Assembly (NCBI GenBank): GCA_002494645.1
Contig: DACE01000033.1
Coordinates: 143,024 to 207,023, forward strand
Length of the DNA stretch: 64,000 nucleotides
Source: Euryarchaeota archaeon UBA256
GTDB lineage: Archaea; Thermoplasmatota; Poseidoniia; Poseidoniales; Poseidoniaceae
Direction: 5' to 3'
The first letter of the stretch is position 1; each line of letters opens with the position of its first letter. The translations under genes and the position numbers were made by a program. The notes beneath the pieces were generated by a model. That model had not been told where the DNA came from and ran no database searches. It was given only the letters and a program-made list of their open reading frames with translations. Below, in pieces: positions 30,141 to 37,915 of the stretch.

Positions 30141-32547
30141 CCTGCTGACCGGATTGCCGAATCATGGAGGAGGTCCATCCAAAAGGTGCTAGAATGGCCC
30201 AAATAGCTCGCTCCGCTATTGAACTGTAGTGATTCGGGCAAAGTTGGCATGAAGGATGGAGATGGTCGATTTCATCTGCGAGTCGCACTCGCTCCTGAAG
30301 AGGTTCTGCATTATGGCTCACCACGATATACCGAATGGTTGACCCAGGAGGAATTGTAGTTCCTTGTTCTTGTGCCCGAAGAAGAGCCGCATAGGTGAGG
30401 TTTTTGACACGATAACCGTCAAGATCTTTGCTCACACGTCGCGCGATGAGCCCCTGAATTGGTGGAATGTTTCGCTCATAAAGTTGAGATAAGTCACGAC
30501 GGTAGAGGCGAAGGACATCGTGTTGGGCTGAAGGGCCTGGACGTCCATTGATGCGTGTTCCTGCCGAGAGCAAATCCAATGACCGCTGTTGGAGTGAACG
30601 AATCCACGAAGGGGTTGAATGCTGACGCAGTTCAATCCCTCTCACTTTGTACTCTGTTCCGTCAAAAGCCCAATATTTCGTCAACGAACCAGCACCGTGC
30701 ATTCTACTCGGAAGAAAGGCAATGAATTCGTAAAATTGCTCATACTCGAGAGGTATTCCGATTTGGTCCGTGACACGTTGAGCAAACTCCTGTGCTGCCT
30801 TGATTTGAACATCTTTTGGGCGGTTCTTGGAATCGCTTAACCACACACAGTCAACGATTGCATGAAGAACTTCCCAACCTTCCTCTTGAGCCATTTCAAT
30901 CGTTTCCAAAAGAATGTCACGTGACCAAGCACAAATGGCTTCATGTGCCTCAATCCTTCCGAAACGAGCATTACGATATCCAGTATATCCAAAGCATGTG
31001 ACAAGAAGCCATTTCAATGCATTTTGTCGCAAATCAAAGGCGTCACCTTTCGTGATACGTTGGAGTTTTAATTGACGTCGTCGTTCAATGATCGGCGCTA
31101 CGACACGTCCAAGAAAGCCTTGATGACGTCCACAAGTGTGACTGTTAAGGCCGGGTACACCCAATGATTTTTCGTTGGGAAGCGGGAACATTCCATGACC
31201 GAATTCAGTCCGTAGTCGTCGATGGAGGAATTCAGTATGAGCCTTACTTGGCTCAAGTGGGACAAATGCTGCAGCATTCAGAGTTTCAGCAGGTTGACAG
31301 CACGTGCAATTGAGCGTCTCAGGAGAAATGTTTCTGGTTGCGATGATGCTTGGGAAGAGACTTGCAAAATCGAGTTCAATGACGGCAGAATGTACGCCTG
31401 CTTGACTGTCAAGGTAGAGTCCACCCCGGTCCGCATGCAACAACTCAAGTGCTGTTTTTGTATCCTCTGGACGGTTCTTTTTCCAAGGAACCAATACTCC
31501 ATCGTCCATTGCAACACGCATTTGTATGGCACTGATAACCGAACCCGGAGAGAGTCTCGAGATGATTTGAGCAGATTGCCTTGAATGTTGAGCGAGTTCA
31601 AACAAACCAGCAAGACCACCTTCACGAACAATGAAACTGTTAGCGAAATCCAAATGAAGTCGTCCCTTTGCAAAATAAGACCCGTATTTGTGCATTGTTT
31701 GGCCGTAAGAATGAACGGTTCGTTCCTTGGTTGTACGAGAAAGCCTCTCATCGGTTCGACCCAAACGTAAGTGAACAGCATGCAAGGAAGCATGGTGTTC
31801 AAGCGAGGGAAAAAGACGCTGGTCGCCTCCTCGCGTCACAATAATGTCTGGGTCGAAAATGTCAATCTGCTCTTGAATTGCCTCAAGAAATTCTGCCGTT
31901 GATGGAAACGATGAGCGTTGAAGTTGAACCGTATTCAGTACGTTGATCGGGGGCGCCATACCCTGTTCTTGCAACGGTTTTATTGACAGACTGCGGATGG
32001 GATTGAATTCAGATGCAGGTCCATCACCTGATTCAAATTCAAGATTCAATTGAACCACCAAAAAAGGAGGGAAATCTCCGGTATGTTCCGTTGAATCCCT
32101 TACAGGTTGCAGGTGCCCATCCTCAAAGGTCACAGCGTGAAAGGGCACACATCTGTACTCATTGAGAAAACGCTGAGCATGGTGTGCGTCGACAGAGTAA
32201 AGCGAATACATGTGAAACGAACCGCGCGTTTCAATGTGCTCAGCGAGGCCACGTAGAAGACGAGAGCATAATACTTCAACTTCAAGGACATCGCATAAGT
32301 CACTGGTTCCAAGGGTGAGTTGAGCTCGGCGCCATATGCGTTGACCTATGTTGAAACGTTGCATGATTTCTGGTTGTTCCAGCCAATGTTCAAGGCGTTC
32401 AAGCGATGAAGGTGTGCCGTGAACGTGAAGCGTTGGCGCCCAATCAATGTGGCATGAATGGGCGTTTCCATCACGGTCTACCACCCATGCAACCATGCCG
32501 GTTGCTGCATCATTCTCATGCACATCAAGAAGCCAACCTTCAATCAT
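30091..32547 (-). CDS. polB: Divergent family-B DNA polymerase, 3'-5' exonuclease motifs inactivated
   Basis: Collinear with archaeal PolB: MIEGWLLDV start, DPDIIVTRGGDQRLFPSL, GRLHLDF, motif A LDFASLFPSII, motif B KWLLVTCFGY, motif C LHAIVDCV and a C-terminal QVSLLEFG PIP-like box. The first ATG is at 32547; the ORF track's 32574 start is a TTG. Confidence 0.85.
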   Translation of the reverse strand: MIEGWLLDVHENDAATGMVAWVVDRDGNAHSCHIDWAPTLHVHGTPSSLERLEHWLEQPEIMQRFNIGQRIWRRAQLTLGTSDLCDVLEVEVLCSRLLRGLAEHIETRGSFHMYSLYSVDAHHAQRFLNEYRCVPFHAVTFEDGHLQPVRDSTEHTGDFPPFLVVQLNLEFESGDGPASEFNPIRSLSIKPLQEQGMAPPINVLNTVQLQRSSFPSTAEFLEAIQEQIDIFDPDIIVTRGGDQRLFPSLEHHASLHAVHLRLGRTDERLSRTTKERTVHSYGQTMHKYGSYFAKGRLHLDFANSFIVREGGLAGLFELAQHSRQSAQIISRLSPGSVISAIQMRVAMDDGVLVPWKKNRPEDTKTALELLHADRGGLYLDSQAGVHSAVIELDFASLFPSIIATRNISPETLNCTCCQPAETLNAAAFVPLEPSKAHTEFLHRRLRTEFGHGMFPLPNEKSLGVPGLNSHTCGRHQGFLGRVVAPIIERRRQLKLQRITKGDAFDLRQNALKWLLVTCFGYTGYRNARFGRIEAHEAICAWSRDILLETIEMAQEEGWEVLHAIVDCVWLSDSKNRPKDVQIKAAQEFAQRVTDQIGIPLEYEQFYEFIAFLPSRMHGAGSLTKYWAFDGTEYKVRGIELRQHSTPSWIRSLQQRSLDLLSAGTRINGRPGPSAQHDVLRLYRRDLSQLYERNIPPIQGLIARRVSKDLDGYRVKNLTYAALLRAQEQGTTIPPGSTIRYIVVSHNAEPLQERVRLADEIDHLHPSCQLCPNHYSSIAERAIWAILAPFGWTSSMIRQSGQQVSLLEFGQSEFQDAVK

Positions 32548-32824
32548 CGTTCGCCATCTCTTCCAGTGCAGCAACGCGGTTGGATAGGTCGTCGAGACGT
32601 TTCATCAGCCCGATGAGCATGCTGAGAACGACCGGTTGCCATGTATTGTGTGCAGGCAGCATTCCTCCCGCAGACCTCCGCTGACGCACGTCATTGAACA
32701 ACTGATCCAAAAGAACTCGCTCATTGGGTGAAAGAGCCCGATGAAAGGGCATCAAGGCATTCAATTCAGCATCTGCTCTCGTTCGCCATGGTGGCACACT
32801 TCGACCCATACGCCCGTTGTTCAA
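32540..32824 (-). CDS. Small hypothetical protein (94 aa) overlapping the polB start
   Basis: The ATG ORF's stop codon (32540-32542) lies 8 nt inside polB. It has a basic N-terminal half and an amphipathic, acidic C-terminal helix (RLDDLSNRVAALEEMANDD). No recognisable family. Confidence 0.4.
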   Translation of the reverse strand: MNNGRMGRSVPPWRTRADAELNALMPFHRALSPNERVLLDQLFNDVRQRRSAGGMLPAHNTWQPVVLSMLIGLMKRLDDLSNRVAALEEMANDD

Positions 32825-32873
32825 CGGGAGGAAGAGATGCTTTCTCTTGACCCGTTTTGTGAAACTGAAAGTG

Positions 32874-33857
32874 TCACAAATACTGCTTATTCACGATGAA
32901 ATCACACGCTTCTTCCTTGAGAATTGCGTCAACATTTTTTGCAATATCAAGACCAACTCGTGCTTGAGCTTCAACAGTTGATGCTCCGATATGTGGGGTG
33001 CCGTGAAAATGCTCCATTTGAAGAAGTGGATGGGACGGGTCAACGGGTTCATGTTCAAACACATCAAGAGCCGCTGAGGTGAGGGTGCCAGATTCGAGTG
33101 CACCGAGGACCGCATCTTCGTCAACGATTCCTCCACGTGCACAATTGATGATGTGATTGCCGCACTGAGCGCCATCAAGGCCAATCTGGGGCATGGACTG
33201 GATTCGTTCTGAATTCACAAGATGACGCGTTTCTTCTGTGAGATTGCAGTGGATGGAAATGTGAGTGCAATTTGAAAAAAGGGCGTCAATGGATTTGTGT
33301 AAGCGTGTACCTTGAGATTTGGCGATTTTAGGAGGCAAATAAGGGTCGTAAGCATGGACTTCCATGCCGATGGATTGAGCGATTTTTCCGACGGATTGGG
33401 CGATCCGTCCAAATCCAATGAGTCCCAAGGCTTTCCCTGCAAGTTCTGAACCTTTCATCTCTTTTTTTGCCCATCGACCATCTCGCAGTGAACGGTCTGC
33501 CCGGGGAAGATGGCGAATGGATGCCAAGAGATGTCCCAGCGTTAATTCGACTACAGATTGTGTGCTCGCCCTCGGTGCATTGACCACCGGTATACCTTGA
33601 GCGCCTGCTGCTTCCAAATCGATGTTATCTACACCGACGCCTGCACGACCGATAACCTGAAGTTGAACGCCAGGTGTATTGAGTACCTCTCGCGTTAACT
33701 TCGTCGCACTGCGTACGATAATAGCATCAAAATTGTGAAGACCATCGTGCAATAATTGGTCGGGGGTAATCGGGGCATTGATGACTTCATGGCCAGCCTT
33801 TGTAAGCCAGAGTACGGCCTTTTTATCCATACCGTCCGTAACTGCAATCCTCGCCAT
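32874..33857 (-). CDS. D-3-phosphoglycerate dehydrogenase / D-isomer-specific 2-hydroxyacid dehydrogenase
   Basis: NAD-binding GLIGFGRIAQSVG and the catalytic region NCARGGIVDE ... TPHIGAST. It lacks the ACT domain of long SerA forms. Confidence 0.8.
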   Translation of the reverse strand: MARIAVTDGMDKKAVLWLTKAGHEVINAPITPDQLLHDGLHNFDAIIVRSATKLTREVLNTPGVQLQVIGRAGVGVDNIDLEAAGAQGIPVVNAPRASTQSVVELTLGHLLASIRHLPRADRSLRDGRWAKKEMKGSELAGKALGLIGFGRIAQSVGKIAQSIGMEVHAYDPYLPPKIAKSQGTRLHKSIDALFSNCTHISIHCNLTEETRHLVNSERIQSMPQIGLDGAQCGNHIINCARGGIVDEDAVLGALESGTLTSAALDVFEHEPVDPSHPLLQMEHFHGTPHIGASTVEAQARVGLDIAKNVDAILKEEACDFIVNKQYL

Positions 33858-33945
33858 GGAACCCTTGTGTCAGGGAGGGTGTTAGAACATTGGGATATGG
33901 TCAAGTCGAACCGTGCTTTTCAACAACCCCAACCGTTTGGGTGAC

Positions 33946-35112
33946 ATGGAGATGGCCATGGCAACCGAGGCTCAAGAGTTGTTGTGGGGCGCTGGCATCC
34001 TCGCACTCCCACTCATTTTGGCACTTCCAATGCGCTTGGCCTGGCAAATTTGGGTTGGTATCGGTCACGAAGTTTCTGAATACCGAACCATCGTGCGGCA
34101 GATTGTTGACTCAGGTCACCAAGTGTCGTCCTTTTCGCAAACGCTCGATGACATCGCGAGGAACCTACGAATACCGCCTGCTAAGCAGCGTTTAATTGAG
34201 GCTGAATTACTCCACCCGCTGACCATCTCACATTTCCTGCTATTACCGGCGCTACTCATTCTACCGTTGTCCGCCATCATGGCGCTACCCCTCATCCTCA
34301 TCGGATTTCCATTCATGCTTTTGATGGAGTATGTATTAATTCGAAAGGGGTTACTGATCTGGATTTTGCAAACCATTGAACGTTTGATGCATTGGCAAGT
34401 CATCCACATACCAAAGCCTCACAGAGGGACGCGAGAGAATCGGAAATCATTGACCGAGTTTTCGCAGCATATCGAACATTTCAACTATGTACCACAAGCG
34501 GCCTTTCTTGGGCTCTTCGCTTGGTTAATTGTCCATTGGCTTTTGAACTTGGAATCTTGGACCATCGAATTTATCGTTTCGTCCATTCTTTACATGGTAT
34601 TGTTGTCAATTCTTTCTGTGCTCAACACTGCTTTCGAAGCAGACTTGGTCTTCGTCGACCCCGCAAAAGGGAGGCTTGTCCCCGTCAATCAATGGCTTGA
34701 AGGCGTCCTCAATCCAATTGTTGGAATCGGTCTGCTCTTCCTTCTTGGACGGAATCTTCTCGAAGAATCAAGGGATGTTGGGGGCAATCCGATTCTTTTC
34801 GCAACGGTCGTTCTGACGCTGCTGTACGGAGCGGCGATTGTTGGGATCTCCTATCGCTGGGGTTATTCGTCGTGGCGTGGTGAGCGGGTTCGCCATGAGT
34901 TTGAGAAACAGGTTGTTGAGTTCTTAGGGCCTTTGTCCTACGACCTCACTCGTACTAAGGGGCGTATTGATTTCAACGTTCGAATGGAAATGGAAGAGCG
35001 GCTCACAACATTTGATGTGGTCAATCCAACGCAATTATCCTTTGAGGATTTGCAAAACTTGCCTTCCGTTCCAGTGGATACCGACGCTCCCACCAACCCA
35101 CTGCGACGCTGA
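33946..35112 (+). CDS. Hypothetical polytopic membrane protein
   Basis: The first ATG after the GTG at 33913 is used. At least 7 hydrophobic helices and a soluble C-terminal ~90 aa. No motif recognised. Confidence 0.55.
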   Translation: MEMAMATEAQELLWGAGILALPLILALPMRLAWQIWVGIGHEVSEYRTIVRQIVDSGHQVSSFSQTLDDIARNLRIPPAKQRLIEAELLHPLTISHFLLLPALLILPLSAIMALPLILIGFPFMLLMEYVLIRKGLLIWILQTIERLMHWQVIHIPKPHRGTRENRKSLTEFSQHIEHFNYVPQAAFLGLFAWLIVHWLLNLESWTIEFIVSSILYMVLLSILSVLNTAFEADLVFVDPAKGRLVPVNQWLEGVLNPIVGIGLLFLLGRNLLEESRDVGGNPILFATVVLTLLYGAAIVGISYRWGYSSWRGERVRHEFEKQVVEFLGPLSYDLTRTKGRIDFNVRMEMEERLTTFDVVNPTQLSFEDLQNLPSVPVDTDAPTNPLRR

Positions 35113-35829
35113 TTAATCGAGCCAGGGAATAACATCCGGGATTTCAGCAAAAATATTGGCTGGGACGGCTATTTTAATCTTTGAAACTCCCCCGAGTTTT
35201 TCCGCACTGGCACGCTGCCATGCATCGAATTCATCAAAGGATTGCATCGAGAGGACCGGATTGTTTTTCTTATTCCATTCCAAACTTTTCATTTCAGTCC
35301 CTGGAGGGTCGTGGCCCGAACAGACGATGGTTGAACCCTGAAACCGCTCAAGGACCGTTAGAGCGTCCCAATGAACGTGAGTTCGTCCGCTTGGTAGGTC
35401 ATCCCGTCCGACACCACCCTCTCCGTTGAAGAGGAAATCACCGGTCATCATGTAGCCAGGCACATGAACGATCATGGAATCGTTGGTATGTCCTGGTGAA
35501 AAGTGAAATTGAATTGGTACTGAACCGAGCATGATTTTCTCTTCATCGTCCACATATTGAGTTACGCCAAGACTGGCTGTTTGGTTTGACATAACATATT
35601 CACAAGACAATTGCTCTTGAAGTGAGAAACATGCCGTAATGTGGTCTGCATGCGTGTGCGTGGCAATGGCATAGCGGAGGGTCAAACCTTGTGATTTAAG
35701 GAGCGAAGTATACCGTTCGAGATAGTCGTAAACAGGGTCTACGAGTGCAGCTTCATTGGTTGCTTCGTCAACGATCAAGTAGGTCATTGCCCAGACTCCT
35801 TCATTCAGTTGTTCAAATCGCATGAACAT
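35113..35829 (-). CDS. Metallo-beta-lactamase-fold hydrolase (glyoxalase II / ETHE1-like)
   Basis: The THTHADH motif, downstream SPGHTNDS and GD/H ligands. The start is trimmed to MFMRFEQL to remove a non-conserved-looking extension that overlaps the rmuC upstream region. Confidence 0.75.
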   Translation of the reverse strand: MFMRFEQLNEGVWAMTYLIVDEATNEAALVDPVYDYLERYTSLLKSQGLTLRYAIATHTHADHITACFSLQEQLSCEYVMSNQTASLGVTQYVDDEEKIMLGSVPIQFHFSPGHTNDSMIVHVPGYMMTGDFLFNGEGGVGRDDLPSGRTHVHWDALTVLERFQGSTIVCSGHDPPGTEMKSLEWNKKNNPVLSMQSFDEFDAWQRASAEKLGGVSKIKIAVPANIFAEIPDVIPWLD

Positions 35830-35902
35830 GGCGACACAAAGGTACGACTTGAACTTTGACACCTTCGTATTCATCAAATACTGTTGCCGCCGTCTTGATG
35901 GC

Positions 35903-37138
35903 ATGGCGGGTGTAATCGAATACGGATTTTTACTGGTTGGTTGCCTTCTGGGCATGGCTCTCGGATGGTTACTAGCAAAGAACCGATTAGGTATGGACAT
36001 GGCGAGAGCTGAAGCGGATGCAACGGCGCGAGATCAGGTTTTTGATGAAAAATCAAAGCTCTTAGAGGCTCAAATGGAGAACGTCGCGAACCGCATTTCT
36101 CAACAAAACTCCGAAGCCTTCCTTCAACTCGCTGAAGAACGGTTAGGTCGTGTGACGACATCAGCTGAAAAAGACCATGAAGCGAGGAAAAAAGAAATGG
36201 AAGAATTGATGAAACCGATGACGGAATCGCTCTCAAACCTCGACCAAATGTCTCGTGATTTGGAAAAAGAACGATTGAATGCCTATCAGGGAATGAAACG
36301 CCACATGGAATTATTGGAACAAAATACCCATCGCTTAGGCAAAGAAGCCAATGCTCTGTCCACTGCACTTCGTAAGAGTTCCAGCGTCCGTGGTGACTGG
36401 GGAGAAGTCGCTCTGAAGAATCTTCTTGAAATGGCCGGCATGACAAAAAATACGGATTTCTTTGAACAGCAAGGTGATGAACGAGGTAATCGGCCTGATT
36501 TCGTCGTTAACCTTCCGGGAAACGGTGCCATACCAATCGATGCAAAAACAACTGCAAAACACTATCTGGAATCCCTCGACCAAGAAGACCCCGACCAGAG
36601 GGCCGCAAAACTGGCATTGCATGCAAAATCAATGCGTGGGCGAGTAACTGAATTGGCCCGTAAGGACTACCTTTCTGGTGTAAGTGGTCGTGCCGAATTT
36701 GTAGTGATGTTCGTCCCTTCGGAGGCATTGATTTCCTCTGCATTTGAGATTGACCCCACATTGCATTCCGATGCTATGGACCGAGGTGTCATCATTTCTG
36801 GGCCTGCATCGATGATAGCCTTGCTCAAAACCGCTGCTCTGTATTGGCAGCAAGTGCGCTTTGCTGAAGAGGCCGCACAAGTCGTCGGTGTTTCACAGGA
36901 ATTCTACAAACGAATGGCAACATGGAGTGGCCACTTTGCTGAGGTCGGCAAGCGACTGGATAAAGCAACTGAATATTACAATAAAGCAGTGGGATCATGG
37001 GACCGAAATGTTCTCCCCCAAGGCAAAAAATTGGAAGAACTGGGCATCCATGTGAACCAAACAAAATCGCTGGTTGAACCGCAACCAATAACGGAGAGCC
37101 CGCGACTTCCAACCAGCCTTAACCAAGAAGATGAGTAG
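35903..37138 (+). CDS. rmuC: DNA recombination protein RmuC
   Basis: N-terminal TM helix, long coiled coil, RGDWGEVALKNLLE, and a nuclease-like core (PDFVVNLPGNGAIPIDAK...FVVMFVPSE). Confidence 0.85.
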   Translation: MAGVIEYGFLLVGCLLGMALGWLLAKNRLGMDMARAEADATARDQVFDEKSKLLEAQMENVANRISQQNSEAFLQLAEERLGRVTTSAEKDHEARKKEMEELMKPMTESLSNLDQMSRDLEKERLNAYQGMKRHMELLEQNTHRLGKEANALSTALRKSSSVRGDWGEVALKNLLEMAGMTKNTDFFEQQGDERGNRPDFVVNLPGNGAIPIDAKTTAKHYLESLDQEDPDQRAAKLALHAKSMRGRVTELARKDYLSGVSGRAEFVVMFVPSEALISSAFEIDPTLHSDAMDRGVIISGPASMIALLKTAALYWQQVRFAEEAAQVVGVSQEFYKRMATWSGHFAEVGKRLDKATEYYNKAVGSWDRNVLPQGKKLEELGIHVNQTKSLVEPQPITESPRLPTSLNQEDE

Positions 37139-37186
37139 GATGTCAACCGTGCGAGCCTTCTTCAAAGTGTAGGCTGTGGCCTCACC

Positions 37187-37912
37187 ATGCATCCCAATGA
37201 AGTCATTTACCTCGAACATGACGGTAAGGTCCTCTTGGTTGATGAAACGGGAGATGGACCTCTTCTTCCACAAAAAGGTCGTATCAGCCACGAGGGATAC
37301 CTTCGCTTTCCGACCCATGATGAACTCGTTAAGTTGGAAATCACCTATCAACGGAAGGGATTGACGACGATTCGCTTTGGTCAAGAGAAGGCACGGGTAG
37401 TGAAGGGCTATCCGAACATTGCTTGGCCCGACCAATGGGCATGGAAGGATGACTGCATATCCGACAATGGCGTTCACCCGGTAGCACGAGAAGCAATTTA
37501 TCGATCAATTCATCGCTTGGTCTCCAAAGTGATGGTCCAGAATTCAGACGGCCATGTTTTGATGGCACAGGTTGAGCGAGGGCATTTCAGAGGCTTTTGG
37601 ACACTACCTGGGGGATACATGGACCACGACGAACATCCTGCAATTGGTTGTGTTCGAGAGACGCTTGAGGAACTTGGACTGGAGATTGTCCTCACCGATG
37701 AAGAACCGGTGATCACACAGAACATCTTCAATGATGAAGGCATTTCTTTCGTCTCGTTTACCTACCGTTCAACGTGGGACGGTCAACTTGAGGAATTGAC
37801 ACTCCAAACAGAGGAGATAGCCGCAGCAGCGTGGTTTTCTCCACAAGATGCTCTCGACCAAGCAGTCTCCCATTTTGACAGAGAAGCCCTTCGAAGCCTG
37901 GTTGGCGAGTGA
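37187..37912 (+). CDS. NUDIX hydrolase with N-terminal extension
   Basis: Nudix box GGYMDHDEHPAIGCVRETLEELGLE. Confidence 0.85.
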   Translation: MHPNEVIYLEHDGKVLLVDETGDGPLLPQKGRISHEGYLRFPTHDELVKLEITYQRKGLTTIRFGQEKARVVKGYPNIAWPDQWAWKDDCISDNGVHPVAREAIYRSIHRLVSKVMVQNSDGHVLMAQVERGHFRGFWTLPGGYMDHDEHPAIGCVRETLEELGLEIVLTDEEPVITQNIFNDEGISFVSFTYRSTWDGQLEELTLQTEEIAAAAWFSPQDALDQAVSHFDREALRSLVGE

Positions 37913-37915
37913 GGG

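Noticed and set aside
35822-36000. Mutually overlapping N-terminal extensions of the MBL hydrolase (to 36000) and rmuC (from 35822)
   Set aside because: The two divergent ORFs cannot both use these starts. The conserved domains begin at 35829 (MBL) and 35903 (the RmuC TM helix), which leaves a normal 73-nt divergent promoter spacer.
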